From contig OX337231.1 in NCBI GenBank assembly GCA_946965045.2, positions 1 to 64,000 on the forward strand: 64,000 nucleotides of DNA, read 5' to 3'. The position numbers and the translations under genes were made by a program. Source of the DNA: Epithemia pelagica. Taxonomy: Eukaryota > Protista > Bacillariophyta. Below are positions 1 to 10,857 of this stretch, piece after piece; position 1 is the stretch's first letter; each line of letters begins with the position of its first letter. The notes beneath the pieces are model-generated. The model was not told the origin of the DNA. It did not search any database and saw nothing but the letters and a program-made list of their open reading frames with translations.

Positions 1-639
1 AAAATGAAAGAGGAGGCGTTTGGGTAGAAAAGTATCTCAGCAACGGTGCGTTACGAGTAATGTGAGATAGTTTACTGAAATGAATTGTGAGTAGTATCGA
101 GTTGCCCACAACAAACTCAAAACTTTTGATTGCGTTGGGCGGAGAAGCAATCATTTTCTTGACACGATTTTTGGTTATCCAAGTCTCCAAGATTTTTGAA
201 AAGACTGCCCATAGCAGGTTTCTGAACTTTGGTCTAGGCTGTTCACGGCGTGGGGCATTCATGATGCCAACCGAAACAAAGATGCAGTCAAGAAGCCAAA
301 AGTCTCATCAACCATGTTTCACCTGAATCTCTAGTTGGTATGTCAAGCAATTACAATGTCATTCCGTTTGGAATCAAACGTGAGCTTGTGGCTGTTGTCT
401 CGCGCTCCCCCTCTCTCACATGACAACCAGCAAGCGTTGTTTAGGTAGTCCATAATCAATCTGACTCTAGGAATAGACAGACGCCTCCGTCGTCCAAGAC
501 AAACCAACTCTTGCGTGCAATGCATACATATAATATGAAAGATCTATTGCGATGGATTAGTCGTGCTAGCTATTAGTCCCTCATAGCTGATACCAAAAGA
601 GAGATGAAGTCCGATGGCCAAAACAACTTTCAGTCTACT

Positions 640-3390
640 TTAGACCGTTGAGAGGATAGAATTGGTTTTGTTGGTGGCACCAAAAAATGGGTCAGTGGCA
701 AGTGCAACTACCGGTTCCAGGTCCTGTGGTGTTGGTGTTGGTAGCGAGTCTTGGCGCGTAACGGGTCGATTTGGAATCTGATCCTCGTCGTCGCCTTTGA
801 AGAGGTCCTTTACAAACTTGTCGAACACCAACAATTTCTTGTATTGCTGGTAATTCGTTGGAGGGAAGTTTGCCGCTGGTGTATCTTGGAGATACGATCT
901 CTTGATGCCCCATGTACCGATTGGGTTTCCGGTGGCATCGATTTCGTTGTTGTCACCAGCGATGGGTGTGCTCCGTAGTCGCGCAAATTCGCGAACTTTG
1001 GACACGAGGCTTGGTTGGTCCCCAAACGAAGTTCCCGAGGCGATTTGGGCTTTTACAAAAGCGCCATTCTGCGAAAAGTCGACAAAGTAGGGGGATGAAA
1101 TTCCGTTGGCATCCGGTTCGCATGCTTCGTGGGCCTCTCGACGCCAATCCCAAAACCGTTTGATCAAGTCATCTCCCAGGCCACCGACGGCCATACGTGG
1201 AGAGCCCCAGTCTTCAATGCGATTCGCCTGGCCTTGCATAACACAAGAGTCTTCCAGAGCAATGTGGTAGTTCCAGTTGTTGACCAAAAGAGTGAGGATG
1301 GGTCGGACGAGTGGTATCCCTGTGATTGTCGAAAGAATGGGTCCTCTTGGAAGATGCTGCCGAAGAAGCACCCGCGTTCGATGAGGCGCAACAGGAATAA
1401 TTTGAAACTCTTCTTCAAATCCACTGACCCCGCCGTGACGAACGATATTAGGAGGGTCAAAACGGATAAGCTTTTTTGGTCGTCCATCCTTTTCAATGGA
1501 TCCCAAATGTCCCATCCCACAGTCATCTGTGAAAGCCTTGAGCTTCAATTTTGGTAGATTTGAGTTCTTCATGCCAATACTCTCGATTGGCGGGATACTC
1601 CCGTCATGTAGAAAGAACAAGTGTGGAGAATCGAGATTGTTTTCGACAATGTACGAGTAGTCGACAGCGTAATCCAGGACGGTGTCAATCGTGACAGTCT
1701 CCATATCCCCTTTGCGGCGTGTTGGGAGCAAGGAAGGATCAGCTTCCAACACGTTGCCCCTCCAAACATAGACCAACCCATCGTGTTCCACAACAGCGCG
1801 ATTATTCCCACAGTTGGTTTTGGTCACTGACTTGAGAAAGTTGGAGCTGCCCGTCCTCGCCATGACATTCGCGTCTTCATCAACCGTGTTGAGCGTTGGA
1901 ATATTGACGCACTCTCCACCCTTTCCAAACCTCCACCCGTGGTAAAAGCAGACGAGTTCGCCATTTTCGACTTTTCCCATGGACAGAGGAACTGATCGAT
2001 GCGGACATACATCCGCCGTCGCAACAAGCTCGCCCGCCGAGTCGCGATAGATGACAATGGGCTCTCCCCATAGCCTTGTTCCAAATGGTTTGCCATCTGA
2101 TGTTTTCCGTCCCAGAACGGCATCCAGCGGTGTCTCGTAACCATCAATCTGCCAGGTGTAGGCGACAGCGTACCAGACCTTGTCAAAGCTCGGCTTCTTC
2201 AACAACACCTGGTTATTGCTCTGAGTCGGTGTGTACGACTTGACTAGGCCGTCGACGCGGCTGCTAATGTGCTGGGCAATCTTCCCTTGTTGAGAAACTT
2301 GATTCAGCTGGCCTTGGGCAGTCTTACTGGAACGGGACGCTGCTAGGCAAAAGTGAACGGCACCTCCCCATCGTGAACGGTGCTCCAAAAGATCCATGTT
2401 TGCCGTCTTGTCAAAGAAGATGGAAGCCTCGTTGGTGAATGGTACACTCACAAAGGGTTTGAGACTATCCGTCATGCAAACCATACACTCAGCACCATTG
2501 TTTCCTTCTGGGGAACAAAACTGGAAAATATCGGGCATCATGTTGCGAATAGCGTCCTCATTGACGTAAAATAGAACCGCTTCGGAAACAAACAAGGTGG
2601 GAACACCCACTTGGAGTCCTCCTTTCTCTCGTAGTGTGTCAATAATGCCTACCGGAGAGTCGCCGCCACAGTCATTCAAATCAAATGGGACAAGTTTGGG
2701 GCCTTTCCCTTCCAGATCCCAGGTAGGGTCATGCTCGTCTCGAAATTTCGCGTAGAGTTTCTCCTTGCCAGCGCAGACATCCGGCAGGTCCACTTCCATA
2801 AAGTTGATTTTGTCGTCGTGCGCGTGACGAAATCTCAAGGATCTCGTGTCGTATCCTGCACCGAACAAGACGATATTGCACTCGACGGCATTTCCAGACT
2901 CATTGGTACATGCTGGACTTGTTAAAAAGTGGTCGACTGCGTTGTCAATAAAGTCTGTTCGTGCTTGAATCCATTCGGTAAACTTGACAATGGGATCGAA
3001 CAAACGACTGCCACCCTCGGTGGTAACCAGACCGCGTGTGGTCGGTGGAAGAAACTTTTCTGCGACATCATCTTGGATCATGCCTCTCTGGTTCAGGAGA
3101 GCTCTCACCCAAAGAACTCGAAGGTTCTTGCTGGAATCGCTAATGGGATCTGGATCGAACGCATGAAGGAAACCAAACGCAGCACCAGTAAACGCATCGG
3201 AAAGAATTCCAAAAATATTTTGTGAATCGGCCTCGCTCGTCTGCCCGGGTGCTTGCTGCAGTCTACTAGAGCTCGAAGGCAGGCCCGTGGCGCTACGAGC
3301 CGCCAAGTGTAAAGGAGCCGTAAAAGCATGCGAGCTGACGGCAAAGAAAAGACCGAGACAAATCAGAACGGATCTGTTTTTAGGCGTCAT
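640..3390 (-). CDS. Plastid-targeted fusion protein: LCM-like SAM-dependent (carboxyl) methyltransferase plus Rieske [2Fe-2S]/mononuclear-iron oxygenase (CAO/PAO/TIC55 family)
   Basis: Long ORF with ATG at 3390 (MTPKNRSVLICLGLFFAVSSHA|FTAP, a signal peptide followed by the F of the diatom ASAFAP motif). LFGAGYDTRSLR, MEVDLP and FVSEAVLFY are LCM-type methyltransferase motifs. DVCPHRSVPLS...CFYHGWRF is the Rieske CxH..CxxH motif and ENNLDSPHLFFLH is the mononuclear Fe site. Confidence 0.85.
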   Translation of the reverse strand: MTPKNRSVLICLGLFFAVSSHAFTAPLHLAARSATGLPSSSSRLQQAPGQTSEADSQNIFGILSDAFTGAAFGFLHAFDPDPISDSSKNLRVLWVRALLNQRGMIQDDVAEKFLPPTTRGLVTTEGGSRLFDPIVKFTEWIQARTDFIDNAVDHFLTSPACTNESGNAVECNIVLFGAGYDTRSLRFRHAHDDKINFMEVDLPDVCAGKEKLYAKFRDEHDPTWDLEGKGPKLVPFDLNDCGGDSPVGIIDTLREKGGLQVGVPTLFVSEAVLFYVNEDAIRNMMPDIFQFCSPEGNNGAECMVCMTDSLKPFVSVPFTNEASIFFDKTANMDLLEHRSRWGGAVHFCLAASRSSKTAQGQLNQVSQQGKIAQHISSRVDGLVKSYTPTQSNNQVLLKKPSFDKVWYAVAYTWQIDGYETPLDAVLGRKTSDGKPFGTRLWGEPIVIYRDSAGELVATADVCPHRSVPLSMGKVENGELVCFYHGWRFGKGGECVNIPTLNTVDEDANVMARTGSSNFLKSVTKTNCGNNRAVVEHDGLVYVWRGNVLEADPSLLPTRRKGDMETVTIDTVLDYAVDYSYIVENNLDSPHLFFLHDGSIPPIESIGMKNSNLPKLKLKAFTDDCGMGHLGSIEKDGRPKKLIRFDPPNIVRHGGVSGFEEEFQIIPVAPHRTRVLLRQHLPRGPILSTITGIPLVRPILTLLVNNWNYHIALEDSCVMQGQANRIEDWGSPRMAVGGLGDDLIKRFWDWRREAHEACEPDANGISSPYFVDFSQNGAFVKAQIASGTSFGDQPSLVSKVREFARLRSTPIAGDNNEIDATGNPIGTWGIKRSYLQDTPAANFPPTNYQQYKKLLVFDKFVKDLFKGDDEDQIPNRPVTRQDSLPTPTPQDLEPVVALATDPFFGATNKTNSILSTV

Positions 3391-3818
3391 GGTCCCTCGT
3401 TTAGCTGTCTTGGTGTCGGCAATCGAAAAAAAGGTATCTTGGTGGTTGATGTTTTGATTGGGCACGGCGTGCCGTGAGCCGCGAGTGCCGATTCTCGAAA
3501 TCTTCTTGGATGCATGTTCAAGATGTCAAGAATTCGGGTTCGGTCCATCTGCTACAGATGGTATCTTGTAGTGTACTCCTAGGAGTACTTTTTTAAGGAG
3601 GGTCCCCCGGCGCGTAGGTCATGAATACGCGTGGAAGCTTTTGAGACACCCCGTCTCAAAAGCATTTATGATTTATGACTGCCATAGTATGGCATATTCC
3701 ACACAGTCTCCACGCAAAGGGCTTCCACGCGTTTTGCTCTGTTACAAACATATCCTCTCCGAGAGGATATGTCCTCTCGTGCTGCTATTTCTTGTCGACG
3801 TTATAAAGCGCCGGGACC

Positions 3819-4901
3819 ATGACAACGACTCTGCAAAAGCAAGCATGGCAGTCGGGCCTTGTCCTTGTAGATGACACAGTAGAATGGAATGAAAGAGACT
3901 GGCCTCCTCTCGAGGGAGGATGGCGTATGGGTCATGCTTCGGTCGTACTGAATCATACCGATAACAACCAGGAACAAACCGTCGTCGTGTTGGGCGGATA
4001 TCAAGCAGGCCAGGGCAGTGTCGATTCCATTCTTGTCTTGAACTTGGCAGAATCAAACAAGCAGTGGCGAGAAGGGCCACCCATGAACAAGAAACGTTGT
4101 GGGCATGCCGCTGTTGTGTGCAAAGGAGGTGTTTATGTTGTTGGAGGAGAATACAATAATAGCTATTCAAGTTTGAATTGCATCGAAAGAATTGATTACA
4201 ATGATTTGCTGCAACCAATTTTGACTTCAAGCAGCACACATGAGAGTCATTGGACAACATTGACATGTCGATTATCAACGGGCGGGTGTGGATGTTGTGC
4301 TATTGCGGTTCACAACCGTTACATCGTTGTAATGGGTGGCTACAACGATCGTTGTTCGTCCTCAGTCGATATTGTTGATACCAGGAATGAAACTGTCACT
4401 GCTGGACCATCCATGACTGTTCCTCGACAACTATGTGCCAGTGCGGCAATTGGTCACCGCATTTTTCTCGTTGGAGGCCAAAACGAGAGTGGCAATCTTG
4501 ACTCGGTGGAGTACATTGACTTTGCAATGATTTGTGATAATGAAAAGACAAGAAAGGAAACTGGCTCGACGTTCATTTCTTTCTCACCCACTTGGACCAC
4601 TCATTCGGAGTTGGGGCTTTCCAATGCAAGCAGCTTTTGTGCAATTGTCGCCGTGGGATCGTGTCTGGTTGTTGCCGGAGAAAAGCTTCAAACCCTCGAA
4701 GTCTTGGACACGCACCGCAACCGCGTTTGGAATCTGCCACCATTCGGACATGACCGCGATGGCAGCATTATGGTGACTGCTGCCAATCAAGTTGCCGTTA
4801 TAAGTGGCTTTGGCAATCCTTCCTGTGCAACATTAGGAATAATCGACAAGAATACATGGTGTTTTCGTCGACTCTGTGAGCAAGAGCCCAGCGGATGGTA
4901 G
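3819..4901 (+). CDS. Kelch-repeat beta-propeller protein
   Basis: Repeated kelch units: GHASVV..VVLGGY, GHAAVV..YVVGGE, IAVHNRYIVVMGGY, GPSMTVPR..IFLVGGQ. The start codon is uncertain. Confidence 0.8.
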   Translation: MTTTLQKQAWQSGLVLVDDTVEWNERDWPPLEGGWRMGHASVVLNHTDNNQEQTVVVLGGYQAGQGSVDSILVLNLAESNKQWREGPPMNKKRCGHAAVVCKGGVYVVGGEYNNSYSSLNCIERIDYNDLLQPILTSSSTHESHWTTLTCRLSTGGCGCCAIAVHNRYIVVMGGYNDRCSSSVDIVDTRNETVTAGPSMTVPRQLCASAAIGHRIFLVGGQNESGNLDSVEYIDFAMICDNEKTRKETGSTFISFSPTWTTHSELGLSNASSFCAIVAVGSCLVVAGEKLQTLEVLDTHRNRVWNLPPFGHDRDGSIMVTAANQVAVISGFGNPSCATLGIIDKNTWCFRRLCEQEPSGW

Positions 4902-6993
4902 TGGAAGGAATGAGTATCCGAGATGCTGATATCTCACCCTTCTCCATCTCGACATCAGCTTAAAAACGAGCAAGGCCCAATACGCGTGTCATGGTGACAA
5001 AGGGAAGGATCAAGCCTAGCCGTTTATTTCTCGAGTGGTTGACTTGTTTTCTACATTCGATTGCAATCCTAGAAACTTGTATTAAGTGTTTACTCAAAAG
5101 TAGAAACAATATGTCGCAAGATAGAAGGTGCTTGTTTTTTTGTCAAAGGCGGGGAAGGAACGCCCGATTTGTGTACCTCTACAAGTGCTGGTACTACGCT
5201 TCGGCCATTACCTGTACCTCCTGTCAGTTGTGGGACAGTGCCACCACCGTGACTGTGCAGTAGTGACCAGAATCGGGTACTTTGTGGTGGCATCATGGCT
5301 CTCTACATAACATAGAGTCGTCGTCCACTGGTAGCTGTGGCAGGGAGGCCACCAACCGGTGAGAGGAGCAGGAACAGAAGCACGCCAAGGCGAAACCTTG
5401 TTGGACCTGATGTTGTCCGCTTCGAATGGTTCTTCTTCGAAAGATGGCAATGGGTCGCGTCTGTATGGAAGTAAGGAGGGTGGACCGTGTCATATCCAAT
5501 TCCGACATGATGGCCAAGAACAGGTTGTTCCTTTCGGAGGAGTCTCCGCGCTCCAATCGCAATGCCTTCTTCTAGCTGCTGTTGCATGTGAATCGCAATA
5601 CGTTGTTGCACTTGTCATGTGATGTCAAGCCGGAATGGCCCAAGGAAGATGACGAGTCCTAGAGGAACCCACCAAATCGGATCGAGGGTCGTGCCAATTG
5701 TCGCAATGGACCAGAACGGAAACAAGGAATCGAGTCTCGACGTCGCGACGAGACAGACAGGACACCTCCACCACCACTACTTTCTGCCGAAGCATTGCTC
5801 GTTCAATTGCTCATGCCTGGAAACAAGCCGCTCCCCATGTCTTGCCCCTCAATGCCAGTTCCACCGAAACCTTGTTGCACGACAACAACGCTGTCGAACA
5901 GCAGTGTTGGACCTTGACCGCTACATCCTTTGTGCCTCGTACCGAACTCAGCAGCACCAACAACACAGCCATCATGGAAGCCTTGTCACCCACACCGTAT
6001 GAATGGTAGGTCATGTTGGAACAGTGGTCGGCCGAAGCGGTCGTGCCTGAATGGTTGTGTTCGTAGTGAGCCCACACCTCACCGTTCTCAAACTCTCAGC
6101 ATACCGTGTACGACCAGCATGTGTCCGCACTGGAAAGGGGGTTTCGATCCGACCAAGTCGACCGCAATCACACGACAATTCCCAAAATGACAACGACACT
6201 TGGAGGATACGGTTGTCGTCCTTTTCTTGATTTCCGTCGTCATCCACTCGCACTGGAATGGTTGCCTGCCAAACAAGCAAGCATGGAAACAAATGGATCC
6301 AAGCGACGACTCATCGGTCCACTTTTCCTGTTGATGGAAATCTTTCTCGTCTATTGTAGTCTCCAGGGAGCGACGGCTCCAGACAGCGGACGTTTGTGGG
6401 TCTTTGGTCGGAATGACTCCCCATCGTGAGCTATCGTATCTTTGCGGGGATTTGCATTGGGTTTTCTTTTTGAGATTCGAACGTGCGGGCTCCAGATCGC
6501 GCGGGATTTTGGCCTTGGTCTCTGCTACCCGTGCTACCTTTTTACTATGTAGAGTGAGTTCATGGAAAGCTAATCTATGGCCCTTAGGCTGTCTCCACCC
6601 CAGCGCCGCTATGCTGACGTATTGGGGCTTTCTGATTGGCCTCGCTATCCGGATTGCGGATTAGCAGAGCCAAAGGGAAATAAACTCCACGATCTCCGTT
6701 AACGCCATTCGTAAGGAACACGTTTTAAGGGATTTGGAGCATTGCATTTACTACTCCGATAAATATTATCGGAGTAGTAAAAATGCTCGAATTTAATGCT
6801 CCGGCCTTAACAGGGTTTGAAAACGGTCCGATTTCGGTCGGTCGCACTATCATCTGCGTTGCAATCATCACGATAGAGGTCCGCCCATTCATTGCAAGGT
6901 ACCAATGCATTGTCTTTCTTTCTATTTTACATTATAAAGGTATACGAACATCAACATGAGTGATAGTAACCCCTTGGAAGGTGAGATTCTGTC

Positions 6994-7620
6994 TTGATCC
7001 AAGATCAATTCATTGTTTCGTTTGCTTTTGTCTCCCTACACCTCACCTCATTTTTCTTTTGCTTTACAGATCTCGTCGAGTCCATTGAGATCGCCAATGC
7101 TACTCTCCCCAACGACGACGATCCGACCCGTAGTGGAATGTTTGTTCCATTTACGTTACAGAAGTCAAAAGTAATGGTTACTGGCGAGGATGGAGAAGTT
7201 ATCCACGAAACTACGGAGTGTACAGAGACGCGATACATGCCTATCGAATATGCTTGCGTAGAGAGTATCGAACGCATTCTATTCGAGTTAAACCAGAACT
7301 CACCGCGGTCTACGACTGAAGGCTACTACTGGGAGAATGTTTGTGGCAACTGTCAGAAGAACCCTTGTGAGATCTTGCAGCATCTCCCCTACCTCCACGA
7401 GATTGCTACTCACTTGAAGGCGCAAGGAGAGCCCAACCGTACGATCCGGTACAAGCTTTATTGCCGCCTGTCTAACAAACTTCATGGTACTCTTGGCCGT
7501 GGAAATAGAGTTGAACTCCCTGCTTGTTTGGTCGAATTCATCCGTCAGAACTTTCCCAATGAAGACAACAACGAACCATACGTAGGATTTATCCAGAACT
7601 CTGACGACACTATGGAGTAG
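6994..7620 (+). CDS. Hypothetical accessory protein inside the piggyBac-like element (Cys motif CGNCQKNPC; HGTLGRGNRVELPAC)
   Basis: 208-aa ORF convergent with the transposase and lying between the TIRs. The true start is probably downstream of 6994. Confidence 0.5.
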   Translation: MIQDQFIVSFAFVSLHLTSFFFCFTDLVESIEIANATLPNDDDPTRSGMFVPFTLQKSKVMVTGEDGEVIHETTECTETRYMPIEYACVESIERILFELNQNSPRSTTEGYYWENVCGNCQKNPCEILQHLPYLHEIATHLKAQGEPNRTIRYKLYCRLSNKLHGTLGRGNRVELPACLVEFIRQNFPNEDNNEPYVGFIQNSDDTME

Positions 7621-7689
7621 TTATAACAAACAGATTCATTCACTATTTAGTATTATATGCAAAGATACTCTATTCTTCCATATCTTGCG

Positions 7690-10600
7690 CTAGACTTCTT
7701 CTGTGTCTTCCACATCTGAGTTGTTCTCTGAGTTGCTGTTGTCCTCGACAACATCTTCCATCTCGTCTGCATTATCATCGTCTCCTACTTCGTCTGCATC
7801 ATCTCCTACTTCGTCTGCGCGTTGTCTTATTTGTCGTCGTTGCATACGGAACTCAACAGCTGACCTTTTCCGACTATGACTTGGTTGCAGACCATGGTCC
7901 TCTCGTAGTTTGGCAACAGTCTCGTGGTTTTTTCGTACCGTGTAAGTGTACCTGGCTCCCTCTTCCGCAGCTACAAAGATTTCTTGGCCTTCACTGCAGT
8001 GAACGATCTCAAAGCATGTCATATTCTTGAATTGAGGTAGAGAATGGATCTTCCACCCTTCATCGGCTCGACTCTGACAACCTACAAGGTGTGCACAAAT
8101 CCCACACATGGCGCATCTTCCGACATTTTTGTAGATCCCAGCCATTTTCATTGTATCTTTTTTCCACCGATACTCCAAAAGACATACTGCACAGGCCACT
8201 TGTTTCTTGTCTTCGATTGCAACTGGATAATGACCATGTGCACAAGGAGCAGGACGTTCGGTGTTGGTTGTTCGGCGCGCCAATGGATCCACTTCTTGGG
8301 GGGTTCTATAACTACACATCATTTGGGCGACGATGGTGTAGAACCCGTGGCGAGAAAGCTTTCTCCGTCGTGACCTCAGCCGGTCACCAGCAGACAAATT
8401 CCATGCTATATAACTGTTCAATAGCATACAGTCGAGAATCGCCAAGCCTGCTTTTTTATACCATTTCTTGAAATGGGTGACGTTGGCAAACCCACCAAAC
8501 TGGAACCGCATTTGGTCGCCATTGTCTACTCCACCCATGTTATTTTGGTACCGGATCAAGGGTACGGGACAAGTAAGTTCACGTTTCTCACTTCCTACTT
8601 GACGTAGTACAGTGCCGCTTCCAGAGTCTTCAAACGAAGACACAAAGTTGACTGTTTTTGAATCCACCCATTGACCCAACACTAGACCGTTTACAGCATC
8701 GTGGTACAAAAGTACTGCACCCCGATTGTCAGATCCTTTCTTTAGATTCAACTTGTTCTTGTCCCAACCGACTCTGTTGGCACGGCATGTACCAGCGGAA
8801 AAGATTCTCAGTCGGTCACGGAGAATCACAGCAAGCTTCGGAGAACAGTACCGGTTATCCATCGAGATATGCCGATACCCGTCCGTCAGCTTATGCATCT
8901 CAAGCTGGTAGCATGCATTGACTACCGCTTTCATTGTAGTTGGGAGATTCAATGCTTGTTGGTGTATATAAGAATTAGTGGCGTTGGCCCCTTGATACAC
9001 GTCGAGGTGTAGGATTGCGTAGGTTGAAGAAGACGAGAGGATAAAGAAATCCACTCTGAACTTCTGTGGCTTGTCTTTGTTGTATTGTCGAACCGGACAA
9101 TACCGAGACCGACAACCAATCCCACCCTCATCAAATGCCAAGTCTTTCGGCACATAGAAGCTTCTTCGTGACGCAGCGTTCATTGATGTGATGAGCTTCC
9201 GTAGCTGGTGGCACTTGTCGCCACCACGTCTGCTAGACTCTTCCTCCAAATGGAAGGCGCCCCTTATTTGCCGAAATCTGGCCAGCTTCATGTATTGAGA
9301 AGCCCAACCAGTGCTGTTTTTTATTTCTACCAACGGATGGCCAGCACCAACATTGTACACCCGGTTTGACGTCTGAAAATGTGCGGCATACCCTCCTCCG
9401 TCGACGGGCCGCAGAGACATCATGAGAATTATTCCGAGGAACCTTGTCATTTCCTCTATTGTGACATTTTCCCATCGTTGGGAATGGTAGTATCCACGGC
9501 GTGATAAAAGATTTGGTTTTATCTTTTGGTCAAAATACATATTTGTGGCCGTTGCCATTCTCGCAATCGTTGAACTGGATAGACCACCCACAAACTGAAA
9601 ACATTCCCAAGGATTTGAAAAGTTATCAGAGACCCCAGGCCGAAGTCCATCAGGTCCTTTATAGAGGGACTGGTGGTTATCTTCTTTACCAATCCAATTG
9701 GATGGAAGAGTCGACATGGAAATCTCATGGTATGCAAAAGACAAGGCATCCATCAATTGGCGGATTGAAGTTTGATTGTTGGCACCTGACACATTCGCTC
9801 CTTCATTTCCTTCTTGTGCATCTTCTGCTTGTGCCTCATCGGTGTCAGATTGTGCAACTTCATCAAGTGGATTGTCAAATCTTGGTTGCTGTGTATCGGG
9901 TTCAAGATCCTCGTCACCATTGTCCTCATCAGAGTCGGAGGAATCAGATGACTCGGCCTGATTATGGCGACGGCTGCGGCGAGGAACATCGTTGTCGTCA
10001 TCAACAGGTTGAGCCGGTGCTGTAGTGCTACCACTGCCAAAAAGGCGGATTGGTCGAGAGTCGTCGTTGCGGGGAGTGTTGTCGTTGTTGGCCTCGGGTG
10101 GTACAGGGTCAGTTAGGTTTGAAATAGCTGGTGACGACTCTTCTCCAGTTGCAGTGGTGAGTGCTGCCCGTCGTCGTGCTCTCTCGATTGTATTAGGGAC
10201 GGACGTTGTTCTTTCGTTGGTACCTTGCTGGAGAGGCGATGTAGTTCTTGTTGCCCGTCTATCAGGCTCTACAGTAGTCGAGGGATTGTTCGTTGTCGTT
10301 CTTGTTTCTGCAAGAGGTTGTTGAGGTGCAGTGGCTGTCTGTGTCACTGTCGCTGGATGTGCGGTTGCGTTATTCCTCTGAGATTCATGTTTCCGTGCAA
10401 GTGTTGCTTCGTCGAAGTCCACAATAAATTGCTGGAACTTCTCCTTGATAAAAGGCGACGAAGTGAACTGGCGGCGCACCCATTGAGGATTTAGCGTGGT
10501 GAAATTACGCTGGTCCCATGAAACCACGTACACATAGCCATTTTTGGTTGTGGGACAAGCGATAATTTGCCCTTCGAGAACCAACGGAGTTCTCATGTCG

Positions 10601-10857
10601 CGAGAAGGGAACGACTGCTGAAACCTGTCGGTGTACGTTGGATCAAGCCAAAATGTATGCGGTGCGTACAGCTTTCGCTTTGCATATGAGAAACGGAGTC
10701 GTGGTGGTTGTCGTGAACGTTGGGTAGGGACTGGAGCAGGCACTGATGACACTTGGCTTGATTCGTTGTCTTGGGTTGATGAGTCAAGCAATGGTTGCGA
10801 ATAGGCGCTTGTGGACGTTTGCGTATCTTCAATGGAATCGGAGGTAGATGACGACAT
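7690..10857 (-). CDS. piggyBac-family (PGBD-like) DDD transposase with C-terminal Cys-rich domain
   Basis: LAFDEGGIG, VRQYNKDKPQKF, ISMDNRYCS and YQNNMGGVDNGDQ motifs; C-terminal CAVC..CAMCGICAH. Confidence 0.85.
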   Translation of the reverse strand: MSSSTSDSIEDTQTSTSAYSQPLLDSSTQDNESSQVSSVPAPVPTQRSRQPPRLRFSYAKRKLYAPHTFWLDPTYTDRFQQSFPSRDMRTPLVLEGQIIACPTTKNGYVYVVSWDQRNFTTLNPQWVRRQFTSSPFIKEKFQQFIVDFDEATLARKHESQRNNATAHPATVTQTATAPQQPLAETRTTTNNPSTTVEPDRRATRTTSPLQQGTNERTTSVPNTIERARRRAALTTATGEESSPAISNLTDPVPPEANNDNTPRNDDSRPIRLFGSGSTTAPAQPVDDDNDVPRRSRRHNQAESSDSSDSDEDNGDEDLEPDTQQPRFDNPLDEVAQSDTDEAQAEDAQEGNEGANVSGANNQTSIRQLMDALSFAYHEISMSTLPSNWIGKEDNHQSLYKGPDGLRPGVSDNFSNPWECFQFVGGLSSSTIARMATATNMYFDQKIKPNLLSRRGYYHSQRWENVTIEEMTRFLGIILMMSLRPVDGGGYAAHFQTSNRVYNVGAGHPLVEIKNSTGWASQYMKLARFRQIRGAFHLEEESSRRGGDKCHQLRKLITSMNAASRRSFYVPKDLAFDEGGIGCRSRYCPVRQYNKDKPQKFRVDFFILSSSSTYAILHLDVYQGANATNSYIHQQALNLPTTMKAVVNACYQLEMHKLTDGYRHISMDNRYCSPKLAVILRDRLRIFSAGTCRANRVGWDKNKLNLKKGSDNRGAVLLYHDAVNGLVLGQWVDSKTVNFVSSFEDSGSGTVLRQVGSEKRELTCPVPLIRYQNNMGGVDNGDQMRFQFGGFANVTHFKKWYKKAGLAILDCMLLNSYIAWNLSAGDRLRSRRRKLSRHGFYTIVAQMMCSYRTPQEVDPLARRTTNTERPAPCAHGHYPVAIEDKKQVACAVCLLEYRWKKDTMKMAGIYKNVGRCAMCGICAHLVGCQSRADEGWKIHSLPQFKNMTCFEIVHCSEGQEIFVAAEEGARYTYTVRKNHETVAKLREDHGLQPSHSRKRSAVEFRMQRRQIRQRADEVGDDADEVGDDDNADEMEDVVEDNSNSENNSDVEDTEEV

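Noticed and set aside
4990-6660. Cluster of short overlapping ORFs
   Set aside because: No consistent long frame or recognisable motif. It may be a decayed gene but cannot be supported.
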